A stretch of DNA of 62,486 nucleotides from Minisyncoccota bacterium (GTDB taxonomy: Bacteria; Patescibacteriota; Minisyncoccia; Phycocordibacterales; UBA9973). The translations under genes and the position numbers were made by a program. Below the pieces are notes generated by a model. The model saw nothing but the letters and a program-made list of their open reading frames with translations. It did no database searches and had not been told where the DNA came from. The stretch covers positions 1 to 62,486 of the forward strand of contig JAGORC010000001.1 in assembly GCA_018063015.1 (NCBI GenBank), read 5' to 3'. The first letter of the stretch is position 1. Each line of letters starts with the position of its first letter. This document shows, piece by piece, positions 35,879 to 45,513 of the stretch.

Positions 35879-37093
35879 ATGAAAGTTATAACTGATAAAG
35901 ATAAAATTAAGAATTTATTAGAAAGAGGAGTTGAAAATATTCTTGTAAAAGAAGAATTAGAGAAGAAGCTCCTCTCAGGGAAGAGGCTTAGAGTTTATCT
36001 CGGCATAGACCCTACTGGTCCTACGCTACATATGGGCCACGCTATTCCACTTAAAAAGCTTAGAGAATTTCAAGATTTAGGACATGAAGTAATTTTGCTT
36101 ATGGGAGACTTTACTGCTCAGATAGGAGACCCAACAGATAAATTAGCTTTAAGAAAAAAGCTAACTCACAAAGAAGTTTTAAATAACTTAAAAAAATATA
36201 AAAAACAATCCGAAATATTTCTTAAGTGGTCAGGAAGCAATAAGGCACAAATAAAATTTAATTCAAAATGGTTGGCGAAGATGAAATTAGAAAACATATT
36301 AGAATTAGCATCATTAATGACAGTAGATCAAATGATGAAGAGAGACATGTTTGATCGAAGAAGCAAAGAAGGCAAGCCAATTTTTATACATGAGTTTATG
36401 TATCCTTTAATGCAGGGGTATGACAGCGTAGCAATGAAGGTTGACGTTGAGATTGGTGGGAATGATCAAACATTCAATATGCTCACAGGACGTCACCTCA
36501 TGTCTCAAATGATAAACACAAATAAATCAGTTGTAGCTACTAAGCTTCTAGAAGACAATACAGGTAAGAAAATGGGCAAGACAGAAGGCAATATGGTTAG
36601 TTTTGAAGATGGTCCAGTGGACATGTTTGGTAAGGTTATGAGCTGGAATGATTCCCTTATTCTTCCTGGGTTTGAATTGTGTACAGATGTTTCTCTTTCG
36701 GATATTGAATCAACAAAGAATGAATTAGAAAAAGGTAAAAATCCTAAAGAAATTAAACTTAAGCTAGCATTTGAAATTACTAAAGTTTATCACGGAGAAA
36801 AAAAGTCTCTTTTAGCTCAAGAAGATTGGATTTCTAAGTTTGAAAAGAAAGAAGCACCTAAAGAAGTAGAAGAAGTAGAAGGGGAGGGCCAACTTGCTAA
36901 GGTCTTGGTTATTAAAGGCATTGTAACTTCTAATTCAGAAGCTAGAAGACTCTTTGATGGAGGTGCTGTAACAAATATAACCGAAAACAAAAAAGTTAGT
37001 TCCAAAGAAGAAGTTAAGCAAGGTCATATCTATAAAATCGGTAAACATAAGTTTATAAAGATAACAATCAAAATAAGAAAACCCTCCGCCTAA
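35879..37093 (+). CDS. tyrS: tyrosine--tRNA ligase
   Basis: HIGH-type motif (LHMGHAIP), KMSKS-type motif (KMGKT), C-terminal S4 domain. ATG at 35879 preferred over TTG at 35840, because TGCTATAAT at 35863-35871 lies between them. Confidence 0.9.
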   Translation: MKVITDKDKIKNLLERGVENILVKEELEKKLLSGKRLRVYLGIDPTGPTLHMGHAIPLKKLREFQDLGHEVILLMGDFTAQIGDPTDKLALRKKLTHKEVLNNLKKYKKQSEIFLKWSGSNKAQIKFNSKWLAKMKLENILELASLMTVDQMMKRDMFDRRSKEGKPIFIHEFMYPLMQGYDSVAMKVDVEIGGNDQTFNMLTGRHLMSQMINTNKSVVATKLLEDNTGKKMGKTEGNMVSFEDGPVDMFGKVMSWNDSLILPGFELCTDVSLSDIESTKNELEKGKNPKEIKLKLAFEITKVYHGEKKSLLAQEDWISKFEKKEAPKEVEEVEGEGQLAKVLVIKGIVTSNSEARRLFDGGAVTNITENKKVSSKEEVKQGHIYKIGKHKFIKITIKIRKPSA

Positions 37094-37110
37094 GGCGGAG
37101 GGTTTTCTTT
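37078..37110. terminator. rho-independent terminator with the tyrS stop codon in its loop
   Basis: AAAACCCTCCGCC-TAA-GGCGGAGGGTTTT then CTTTT. The loop TAA (37091-37093) is the tyrS stop. Confidence 0.75.
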
Positions 37111-37350
37111 TAGTGGTCTTTATCTGGATCTTCCTCTTCGTAGTCTTCAAAGTCTGTCATATCATCCATTGATTCTAAATCGTCAATATCGGCATCCATC
37201 TTAAAGTCTTCTTCGTTTGTTTCTTCTTCGTACATACTTTAGTTTTTATTTTTTTAAAACGACCTATTAAAAATATATAATAATTTTATTTCCTCCTTTG
37301 TATCAAAATATGAAAACATTGGCAATATAAAATGTGGATAACCCAAACAC

Positions 37351-37830
37351 TTATTTATACTTAACATAAGCCAGCCCAGTTAGGGCGATGGCTATAGCGT
37401 CTAACTCATCATCGGATTTCTTGTTTTTATCTATATTTACAAGCAGTTTTACCATTTTATTTATATCATCCTTGCTTGCACGGCCATAGCTTGTTATAGC
37501 CATTTTTATTTGAGGAGGCGAGGCTTCAAATATATTGAGTCCTGTTTGTTTAGATTCATATATTATTACACCCCTAGCTTCAGCTACATGCATAACAGTT
37601 TTCTGGTTATTTGTTAAGAAGAGTGTCTCTATGGCAAGTACCTCTGGATTATAGGTATTTATTATAGTTTTTATTTTTTGACCTATTAGTTGTAGTCGTT
37701 CTTCAAATTTTATTTTTGCACTAGTTTTAAAACACTCTGAATATATAACATTCTCCTTTTTGCCATGTTCTTTATCTAGTATGGCTATACCGACTCTTTC
37801 AAAACCAGGATCTATTCCTAAAATTCTCAT
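37351..37830 (-). CDS. ruvC: crossover junction endodeoxyribonuclease RuvC
   Basis: MRILGIDPGFERVG start typical of RuvC. ATG at 37830 preferred; alternative ATGs lie at 37845 and 37872. Confidence 0.85.
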   Translation of the reverse strand: MRILGIDPGFERVGIAILDKEHGKKENVIYSECFKTSAKIKFEERLQLIGQKIKTIINTYNPEVLAIETLFLTNNQKTVMHVAEARGVIIYESKQTGLNIFEASPPQIKMAITSYGRASKDDINKMVKLLVNIDKNKKSDDELDAIAIALTGLAYVKYK

Positions 37831-37834
37831 AACT

Positions 37835-38371
37835 TTATTCTGCATTAGTAAATACGTCTTGCACGTCATCACTTTCTTCTAGTGCTTCGACGAGTTTATC
37901 TAATAATTCTAAATCAGTGTCAGACAGTTCTACTTTCATCGTAGGTACCCAAACCAATCCCTCGGTAGAGATTTCTCTTTTGAATGCCCATGTTGTTGAA
38001 CCAATACTACCCAGAGAAGTTCCGTTTACAGATAAAATATGTTTAATCTCTTGAGCTGTCCTGTTTTTACTATCAGTAAGAGTTTCTATAACTAAAGCTA
38101 CTCCTCCAGGTCCATGAGCTTCATAAGTTATTGATTCCATACTTGTTCCGGGCTCACTCGCTTTCTTTATAGCTCGTTCTATGTTGTCAGAGGGCATGTT
38201 CACTTTTTTTGCTTTCTCTATTGCACTACGTAGCCCCGGGGATTCCTTACCACCAGAGAGCTTCGCCTCTACTGCAATAAATCTAACTAACTTAGAAAAT
38301 ATCTTGCTCTTTTTTGCATCAGTAATAGCTTTCTTGTGTTTTATTTGTGCCCACTTATTATGTCCCGCCAT
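37835..38371 (-). CDS. yebC: YebC/PmpR-family protein, shortened
   Basis: [15 protein letters not shown]-terminus and [10 protein letters not shown]-terminus of the YebC family. Only 178 aa versus about 240 typical. Confidence 0.85.
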   Translation of the reverse strand: MAGHNKWAQIKHKKAITDAKKSKIFSKLVRFIAVEAKLSGGKESPGLRSAIEKAKKVNMPSDNIERAIKKASEPGTSMESITYEAHGPGGVALVIETLTDSKNRTAQEIKHILSVNGTSLGSIGSTTWAFKREISTEGLVWVPTMKVELSDTDLELLDKLVEALEESDDVQDVFTNAE

Positions 38372-38372
38372 A

Positions 38373-39416
38373 TTATAAAAGTTCTTCTTGTTTATTCTTA
38401 GGGATTTTTATTTCTAGGTGTTCGTACGCTTTCTTGGTTGCTACTCGTCCACGAGGAGTTCGCTCCAACAGTCCTAGTTGGATTAGATATGGTTCGATAA
38501 CTTCTTCTATTGTTGCTTCTTCTTCTGATAATGCTGCTGCCATTGTTTTAAGCCCAACAGGTCCACCTTCAAATTTAGAAATTAAAATCTCTAAGAACTT
38601 TCTATCAGATGAGTTTAATCCTATTTCATCTATTGAAAGCATTTCTAGTGCATCTTCTACTGTTTTTTTGTCTAAACTTTTTTTATTTACTTGAGCGAAG
38701 TCACGAGCCCTTTTTAGAAAATAGTTTGCAGTTCTAGGAGTAAATCTACTTCTCTTTGCTATTTCTTCTAATGCTCCTGAATCTAACTCCATAGACAAGA
38801 CCTTACTTGATCTTTTGACTATTTCTTCTATTTCTTTATTTGAATAGAATTCAAGTCTAAACACTCCTCCAGAGAAGCGTGAGCGCAGTGGGGAAGATAC
38901 CATGGCTACTCTTGTTGTAGCAGCTATTAGAGTAAAAGGTGGTAGATCTAACTGAATTGTCCTAGCAGATGGACCCTTGCCTATTATTATATCCAAGACT
39001 CCAGACTCCATGGCAGGGTAGAGTATTTCTTCTACCATTTTATTAAGTCTGTGGATTTCGTCTATAAATAGAATATCCCCATGAGACAGGTTGGTTAGAA
39101 TAGAAGCTAAGTCACCCACCTTCTCTATGGCAGGACCTGAAGTTATTTTCATTTGTCGTCCAGTTTCCTTAGCTATTAGATGGGCTAGGGTTGTCTTACC
39201 TAGGCCAGGTGGTCCGTGGAATAGTATATGTTCTGGGATATGGCCTCGCTCTTCTGCAGCCTTTAAAAGTATTAAAACGTTGTCTTTTATATGTTTTTGG
39301 CCTATATAGTCATCCCAAGAGCTAGGTCTAAGGGCTTGGTCTAGAAAAGAGTCCCCTAAATTTTGACTCTTATTTTCACTTGATTTTATTGGATTTTTAG
39401 TAATATTACTTGACAT
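38373..39416 (-). CDS. ruvB: Holliday junction branch migration helicase RuvB
   Basis: 347-aa ORF; Walker [27 protein letters not shown] motifs. Confidence 0.95.
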   Translation of the reverse strand: MSSNITKNPIKSSENKSQNLGDSFLDQALRPSSWDDYIGQKHIKDNVLILLKAAEERGHIPEHILFHGPPGLGKTTLAHLIAKETGRQMKITSGPAIEKVGDLASILTNLSHGDILFIDEIHRLNKMVEEILYPAMESGVLDIIIGKGPSARTIQLDLPPFTLIAATTRVAMVSSPLRSRFSGGVFRLEFYSNKEIEEIVKRSSKVLSMELDSGALEEIAKRSRFTPRTANYFLKRARDFAQVNKKSLDKKTVEDALEMLSIDEIGLNSSDRKFLEILISKFEGGPVGLKTMAAALSEEEATIEEVIEPYLIQLGLLERTPRGRVATKKAYEHLEIKIPKNKQEELL

Positions 39417-39558
39417 TTATTTTCAATTATGCTATACTACTCAAAGGGTTAGATTATCAACATAGTATCCCCAAGGGTATTAACATTATACCATTTACCT
39501 TAAACACCATGATAGTATAATTTACTCACGTTTAGGTTTGTATTGTCAATTTAAGAAG

Positions 39559-39708
39559 GCGCTAATCTCTAAGCAATCAGCCACAGGTTATACAAGTTTG
39601 CTTAGGACACTCTGGTTCTATTATTAGACTACTGGGGTTATCCTATAAGGATTTGTTACTTTCGAGGTTTAATCTTGAAAGGATTGTTTAGAGATTAGTG
39701 CTTTTTTT
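39559..39708 (+). ncRNA. candidate structured small RNA of unknown class
   Basis: 18-bp closing helix 39559-39576 / 39684-39701 with two G-U pairs that are valid only on the plus strand. Internal hairpins (ATCCT-ATA-AGGAT, AATCT-TGAAA-GGATT). T7 tail at 39702-39708. TAGTATAAT -10 at 39513-39521. Confidence 0.4.
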
Positions 39709-40363
39709 ATTTCAGTTTATATTTTTTATAATTTAAACAGAAATTCTTTCCTCCCTTTTTAAAATGCCCATATGTTTCATTGATTATTTTCATTGCTTCC
39801 TTTGTTGTCTTAACACAGAAAACCATTTCATAATCCTCTTTATCTAAATACTTTTTTGCTAAAGGTTCATTTCTGATCCACTTTAGTAAACCCTTCCATT
39901 CTTCACCAAGTAGGATTATTGGTATATCGCAGATATGATGAACTTGCACAAGTTGCCAAGTATAGAAAAGTTCAAGCAGTGTTCCGAGTCCACCGGGTGC
40001 AACCACTACAACATTACTTAACAACATAAATTCATCTAACCTATTAGAAAACCTATTGAATTCTTTTTCATATTCAACATCTTTATTAAATTTTTGTTCC
40101 CAGGGGAGTTTGATTCCAATACCTATTGAATGACTTTTTTTATTCGAAGCTTTTTCACCCTTGGAGTGACCTTCGTTCCCAGCCTGCATTAGTCCAGGGC
40201 CACCTCCAGTTACCACATCAAAACCACTCTTACCCAAGAGCTCGGCTAACGATTTTACCTTTTTATATATCGCATCATCTTTTTTTATTCTAGAACTTCC
40301 AAATATTGTCACTTTAAAATGACCATCTGTATTTAATTTTAGATTTTTATCTTTTGATTTCAT
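39707..40363 (-). CDS. LOG-family / TIGR00730 Rossmann-fold nucleotide-binding protein
   Basis: 218-aa ORF with GGGPGLMQAGNEG and PGGLGTLLELF motifs. The ATG overlaps the pilB stop (TAATG). Confidence 0.8.
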   Translation of the reverse strand: MKSKDKNLKLNTDGHFKVTIFGSSRIKKDDAIYKKVKSLAELLGKSGFDVVTGGGPGLMQAGNEGHSKGEKASNKKSHSIGIGIKLPWEQKFNKDVEYEKEFNRFSNRLDEFMLLSNVVVVAPGGLGTLLELFYTWQLVQVHHICDIPIILLGEEWKGLLKWIRNEPLAKKYLDKEDYEMVFCVKTTKEAMKIINETYGHFKKGGKNFCLNYKKYKLK

Positions 40364-42060
40364 TATTCTTCTAGTAGATCTACTACGCTTTTGACTTCGT
40401 CAATGGAGGTTACGCCATTTAGAATTTTTACAGCACCATCTTGTCGCATAGAAAGTATGCCTTGAGTGCTAGCTATCTTTTTTATTTCTCTTTCGCTTGG
40501 GTTTTCTGGAATTATTTTTTCTATACCCTCATCTGTTTTGATTGCTTCAAATATTCCTATCCTGCCCTTAAATCCAATACCATTACATTTATCACAGCCT
40601 ACTGGTTCATATAGCTTGAATGTTTTATTTTCATCTATCTTGTACTTTGTCAGATCTTTCCCTTCATTTTTCATTACTTGTAATATATTTTTCAGCAAAG
40701 CTGATTCTTCTTCGGTTACAGCTTTTTCTTTTTTACAATCAACACAGAGCTTTCTAACTAACCTCTGTGCTATTGATAAAGATAGGGAAGAAACCAGTAT
40801 TTTAGGGTTTATTTTCAAGTCGATTAATCTAGGTATAACACCTGCTGCGTTGTTGGTGTGTAGTGTTGAGAACACCATATGTCCAGTAAGAGCTGACTGG
40901 ATAGCTATTTCGGCTGTTTCTGCGTCTCTTATTTCTCCAACCATTATTACATCTGGATCTTGTCGTAGAGCACTACGTAATCCTTCGGCGAAACCGTAGC
41001 CCTTCTTGGAATTAGTTTGAGTTTGAGTTATTCCATCTAAGTGGTACTCTACTGGATCTTCTATGGTTATTATATTTATTTCAGTTGAATATATTTTTCT
41101 TAGAAATGCATAAAGAGTGGTTGTCTTTCCTGAGCCTGTTGGACCTGTGACCAATACTAGTCCATTAGGCTTAGCTATTTCTTCTTTTATTATAGAGAAT
41201 AAGTAATCTTCTATACCGATATCTTCTAGATCAACTTGAATAGATTTAGGATCAAGTATTCTCATCACGATTGCTTCCCCATAAGCTCCTGGAATTAAAG
41301 AAGAACGAATACTTATTTCTTCTTCTCCCTCCTGAATACTAAAACGTCCATCCTGAGCTGCTTTGGATGTTATTTTCATTCCTGATAACAATTTAATTCG
41401 AGAATTTATAAGATTATAAATTTCTGTATTTAAAATCATTATGTCTTGTAGTATTCCATCTAATCGGAATCTAAGTTTAGAATGTTCTTTTTCTGGCTCT
41501 ATGTGTATGTCTGATGCTTTTATAGATATTGCGCCAGCTAAGATTATTTCAAGAAGTCTAGAAATCTTGTGTGTTTGCTCCTTACCCATTTCAAGTGATA
41601 TGAGTTTTTCAATATCTTGCATCCTATTTATACTTTTTGCAGTGTCTCGGAGTATCTCTCCTGAGATTTCTAATCCTCCTACCTGACTACTTTCAGCCAT
41701 AGATATTTCTTGGTATCTTTCCCATACTTTCTCAAGAGATGCCATAGATGCCATATAGAACACAGGAACCATACTCTTTCTCTCGGTTCTTTCTTTTAAG
41801 CTAGCAAACAAGTCTTCGCTAGGGGATCTAACAGCTATGAAAATATTCTTTCCAGAAAGTTTAAAAGGAGCTACATTTAATTCCTTTGCATCTTTTTCAT
41901 CAATAATTCTCAAAGCTTCATTATCTACGCCGAGCCTTGATAAATTTATATAAGGTATTTTGTATTTTGATTCAGCTAACATCTCTACTAATTGCTCCTC
42001 CTCTTCTTTGCGGATGTCTTCTAGCTGTTTGTTTTGTGCTTCTTCGTCAAAAATTGCCAT
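40363..42060 (-). CDS. pilB: PilB/GspE-family type IV pilus / type II secretion ATPase
   Basis: 565-aa ORF; Walker A GPTGSGKTTT, Walker B/Asp box VIMVGEIRD, His box, tetracysteine CVDC..CDKC motif. Confidence 0.85.
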   Translation of the reverse strand: MAIFDEEAQNKQLEDIRKEEEEQLVEMLAESKYKIPYINLSRLGVDNEALRIIDEKDAKELNVAPFKLSGKNIFIAVRSPSEDLFASLKERTERKSMVPVFYMASMASLEKVWERYQEISMAESSQVGGLEISGEILRDTAKSINRMQDIEKLISLEMGKEQTHKISRLLEIILAGAISIKASDIHIEPEKEHSKLRFRLDGILQDIMILNTEIYNLINSRIKLLSGMKITSKAAQDGRFSIQEGEEEISIRSSLIPGAYGEAIVMRILDPKSIQVDLEDIGIEDYLFSIIKEEIAKPNGLVLVTGPTGSGKTTTLYAFLRKIYSTEINIITIEDPVEYHLDGITQTQTNSKKGYGFAEGLRSALRQDPDVIMVGEIRDAETAEIAIQSALTGHMVFSTLHTNNAAGVIPRLIDLKINPKILVSSLSLSIAQRLVRKLCVDCKKEKAVTEEESALLKNILQVMKNEGKDLTKYKIDENKTFKLYEPVGCDKCNGIGFKGRIGIFEAIKTDEGIEKIIPENPSEREIKKIASTQGILSMRQDGAVKILNGVTSIDEVKSVVDLLEE

Positions 42061-42138
42061 TGCATATAGAGTATAGCATTTTTAACTTAAAAATTAAGGT
42101 TTTATTTATCTTTGTGTTAATATGGTTTCATAAATAAA

Positions 42139-42585
42139 ATGAACAAAATTTCTAGAAAAGAGGAGGATATGACAGGAATCGCTCAAGAACTTTTAGCCAA
42201 TATATCCAAAATAAATAGTAAAATGGCTTGTGTCGTAGGTCTTTACGGAGATCTAGGTGCCGGTAAAACAACCTTAACCAAGGCGGTGGGTAAGATCCTC
42301 GGCATAAAAAGAAAACTTAGTAGCCCTACATTTGTAATAATTAAAAGATATAAAATAAACAACAAGAAACACAAAAACCTTTTTCACTTAGATGCTTATA
42401 GACTAAAGAACGAAAAAGAATTAATTAATTTAGGATGGGAGGTAATTATTTCAAATCCAGAAAACCTAATTTTTATTGAATGGCCAGAAAATGTAGTTAA
42501 AGCAATGCCCAAGAGTCACCATAAAGTCCACATAAAACACACAAAAACAGGATACAGGAATTTAAAAGTAACGCTATCTAAATAG
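42139..42585 (+). CDS. tsaE: tRNA t6A37 biosynthesis ATPase TsaE
   Basis: 148-aa ORF; LYGDLGAGKTTLTKAV, SPTFVI, HLDAYRL motifs. Confidence 0.85.
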   Translation: MNKISRKEEDMTGIAQELLANISKINSKMACVVGLYGDLGAGKTTLTKAVGKILGIKRKLSSPTFVIIKRYKINNKKHKNLFHLDAYRLKNEKELINLGWEVIISNPENLIFIEWPENVVKAMPKSHHKVHIKHTKTGYRNLKVTLSK

Positions 42586-42602
42586 TGCTATAATCAGATT
42601 AA

Positions 42603-44996
42603 ATGGCAGACAAAAAAAGCACAAAAACCCTAGTATTGCTTGATTCTCACGCAATAATTCACCGAGCGTATCATGCGCTTCCTGATTTTTCTTCTTCTAA
42701 GGGTGAACCAACGGGAGCTCTTTATGGCCTAGCAAATATGCTCATGAAGATTATTGCAGATTTGAAGCCTGATTATATAGTTGCCTGTTATGACCTTCCA
42801 GAGAAAACATTTCGTCATGTTGCCTATGATGGGTATAAAGCAAAGAGAGCTAAGACCGACGATGCTCTAATACAGCAATTAGATAAATCTAGAAAGATAT
42901 TTGAAGCATTTAATATACCTATTTATGATGCTCCAGGGTTTGAAGCGGATGATGTTTTAGGAACAATTGTTGCTCAATTCAAAAACGACAAAGCAGTAAA
43001 GATAATAATAGCTTCTGGAGATATGGATACAATGCAACTCGTAGATAAAGACAAAGTACAGATTTATACTCTAAAGAAAGGTATCAATGACACAATTCTA
43101 TATAACGAAGAAAAGGTTATAGAGCGTTTCGGCTTTAAACCAGAATATATGCCTGACTATAAAGGAATGAGAGGAGACCCGTCAGACAATATTATAGGAA
43201 TAAAAGGAATCGGCGAGAAAACTGCAACTAACCTTATATTAAATTTTGGAACCATAGAAGAAATTTATAAAAAGATTAAGAAAGATCCAACCGCCTTAGA
43301 AAGTATAGGGATAAAAGGAAAAACCGCAGAACTAATAAAAAACAATGAAGAAGAAGCTTTATTTTCTAAAACATTGGCTAAGATACGAGGAGATGCTCCA
43401 ATAAATTTTAAATTACCAGAAAAAACATTCTGGGAAGAAGCAGATCTTAAGAAGATAGAAGAGTTATTTTCTATCTTCGAATTTCGAAGTCTGATTCCTA
43501 GAGTTAAGAGCTTCTTTAGTAAGAACGGATCTCAGTCTGAGACGAATACACTTACTTCCGCGTCTATGTTCGACACTGTAAAAGAAGAAGTAGAAGAGAA
43601 GGAACTACTTCAAGCATCTATTGCTCTATGGTTACTGAATTCTGATATACCTAACCCAAATTTAGAAGACATGCTTTTTTTCACCAAAACAAAAACCTTC
43701 AAAGATGCAAAAGAAGTTATATTTAATCAACTTTCAGAAAAAAACTTACTAAAAATATACGAAGAAATAGAATATCCGATTATAGATATAGTCCTAGGGG
43801 CTGGAGAGTACGGAATACTTATCGACCAAGATTATTTCTCTAAGCTGTCATTAGAATACCACACAGAGCTAGACAAGCTTACTAAGAATATATATAAAAT
43901 GGCAGGAACTGAATTCAATATAAATTCACCTAAACAACTTTCTCAAATTTTGTTTGAAAAATTAGGAATAAAATCAAGTAAAAAGAAAAATGCCAGTGGA
44001 TCCTTCTCTACTAAGATATCAATCTTAGAAGAATTAGAAGAAGAGAATGAAATAATAAAAGAAATAATGGCTTACAGAGAATTACAGAAACTTCTTTCTA
44101 CTTATGTTGATGTAATACCTAAGATGGTAAGCAATGATGGACGTCTTCATGCGAAGTTTATTCAACACGGTGCTTCAACAGGAAGATTCTCTTCTTCAGA
44201 TCCCAATCTTCAAAATTTACCAATAAAGACAGAACTAGGACGTAGAATACGTGACGGCTTTATTGCAGGGAAAGGGCAGAAGCTGTGCGCCTTTGACTAC
44301 TCTCAGATCGAGTTACGCATAGCGGCGCTTCTTTCAAAAGATAAAAAGATGACTGATATATTCAAAGACAGAAAAGACATTCATGCAGGAGTAGCATCAT
44401 TTGTATTTGGAGTTCCTATTGATGAAGTGACTTCTGAAATGAGAAGGAAGGCGAAGGTTATAAACTTCGGTATTATTTATGGAATGGGAGTAACAGCCCT
44501 TCGTAAAAATCTAGGAGGTACACGTGAAGAAGCTCAGAAATTTTATGACAATTACTTCAAGCAGTTTGAAGGAGTTAGAAATTATTTAGATAGTATTAAA
44601 GATTTCGCTAATAAAAATTCCTATACAGAGACATTATTCGGAAGAAAGAGATATTTCCCAAATATTAAATCTAGGATTCCTTTTATAAAAAATATGGCAG
44701 AACGAACAGCTACCAATGCCCCGATTCAAGGAACAGCAGCAGACGTAATAAAGCTAGCTATTAGATATGCCGATGAAGACTTGAAGAAAAATGGTTTAAA
44801 AGATAGAGTGCACTTAGTCCTACAGGTTCATGATGAACTTGTTTATGAAATAGAGGAAAGCGTTCTAAAAGAAGCAGAACAAATAATAAAAGATGCCATG
44901 GAAGGAGTTCTAGAACGTTCATTCCTAAGACTTAAAACAGATATTCCACTATTGGTTCATTTTGGTTCAGGTAATAATCTAGGGGAAGTAAAATAG
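42603..44996 (+). CDS. polA: DNA polymerase I
   Basis: 797-aa ORF; 5' nuclease domain (LLDSHAIIHRAYHA, GIKGIGEKTA); polymerase motifs DYSQIELRI, RRKAKVINFGIIYG, QVHDELV. TGCTATAAT at 42586-42594 lies 8 nt from the ATG. Confidence 0.95.
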   Translation: MADKKSTKTLVLLDSHAIIHRAYHALPDFSSSKGEPTGALYGLANMLMKIIADLKPDYIVACYDLPEKTFRHVAYDGYKAKRAKTDDALIQQLDKSRKIFEAFNIPIYDAPGFEADDVLGTIVAQFKNDKAVKIIIASGDMDTMQLVDKDKVQIYTLKKGINDTILYNEEKVIERFGFKPEYMPDYKGMRGDPSDNIIGIKGIGEKTATNLILNFGTIEEIYKKIKKDPTALESIGIKGKTAELIKNNEEEALFSKTLAKIRGDAPINFKLPEKTFWEEADLKKIEELFSIFEFRSLIPRVKSFFSKNGSQSETNTLTSASMFDTVKEEVEEKELLQASIALWLLNSDIPNPNLEDMLFFTKTKTFKDAKEVIFNQLSEKNLLKIYEEIEYPIIDIVLGAGEYGILIDQDYFSKLSLEYHTELDKLTKNIYKMAGTEFNINSPKQLSQILFEKLGIKSSKKKNASGSFSTKISILEELEEENEIIKEIMAYRELQKLLSTYVDVIPKMVSNDGRLHAKFIQHGASTGRFSSSDPNLQNLPIKTELGRRIRDGFIAGKGQKLCAFDYSQIELRIAALLSKDKKMTDIFKDRKDIHAGVASFVFGVPIDEVTSEMRRKAKVINFGIIYGMGVTALRKNLGGTREEAQKFYDNYFKQFEGVRNYLDSIKDFANKNSYTETLFGRKRYFPNIKSRIPFIKNMAERTATNAPIQGTAADVIKLAIRYADEDLKKNGLKDRVHLVLQVHDELVYEIEESVLKEAEQIIKDAMEGVLERSFLRLKTDIPLLVHFGSGNNLGEVK

Positions 44997-45020
44997 GTTT
45001 TTTGATGTTATAATTGATAT

Positions 45021-45512
45021 ATGAACGGCAAATACAAAGAAGGAAAAGAAGACCACCCACTTCATCATAAATTCAAGGTGCATCATGTACTAGCTCAGTC
45101 TTATTCTGTAGCATTCTTTATGTTTTTAATAGGAGTTTTACTTGATTTAATATTTCCTATTAAGATCTTCCATGATTCCTATATGACGCCAATAGGGTTA
45201 AGTGTGCTGTTTTTTGCATCTATAATTATCTTCTGGGCTCAGAGAACATCTAGGGATTTAAGAAAGATAGATGAAATAACAAAGGAATCCTTTTGTCGCG
45301 GACCCTACTGCTATTCTAGAACCCCTACTCATTGGGGATTGTTCCTTCTCTTACTTGGTTTCGGTATTGTAGCCAATGCTTCATTTGTTATTCTTACAAC
45401 TATAATATCTTCTTTAATATCCAAAATAGTTTTTCTAAAGAGGGAAGAGAGGATACTTGTAGATAAATACGGAGCTCCTTACCTAGAATATCAAAAGTCT
45501 GTAAAGTTCTAA
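45021..45512 (+). CDS. ICMT/PEMT-like membrane methyltransferase family protein
   Basis: 163-aa polytopic ORF; GPY.YSR.P.H.G and REE..L...YG..Y..Y pattern of isoprenylcysteine carboxyl methyltransferase-like proteins. Confidence 0.65.
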   Translation: MNGKYKEGKEDHPLHHKFKVHHVLAQSYSVAFFMFLIGVLLDLIFPIKIFHDSYMTPIGLSVLFFASIIIFWAQRTSRDLRKIDEITKESFCRGPYCYSRTPTHWGLFLLLLGFGIVANASFVILTTIISSLISKIVFLKREERILVDKYGAPYLEYQKSVKF

Positions 45513-45513
45513 T

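Noticed and set aside
37110-37234. Very acidic mini-ORFs on the minus strand after tyrS: MYEEETNEEDF.. (19 aa, from 37234) and MDADIDDLESMDDMTDFEDYEEEDPDKDH (29 aa, 37199-37110)
   Set aside because: The acidic character continues across a frame change, which hints at a frameshifted about 41-aa gene. However, each piece is tiny, there is no slippery site or convincing promoter or RBS, and the end overlaps the tyrS terminator. I cannot support a gene call without reads or homologues.
39559-39708. Assigning the structured RNA candidate to SRP RNA, 6S RNA, tmRNA or RNase P RNA
   Set aside because: None of the conserved sequence signatures I know could be found by eye (SRP domain IV GGAA/AGCA motif, tRNA-like ends of tmRNA, P4 helix motifs). 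The class is left open.
40466-40999. 177-aa plus-strand ORF
   Set aside because: It is antisense to the well-supported pilB/gspE ATPase gene, with no start-site signals and a Ser/Phe/Ile-rich shadow composition.
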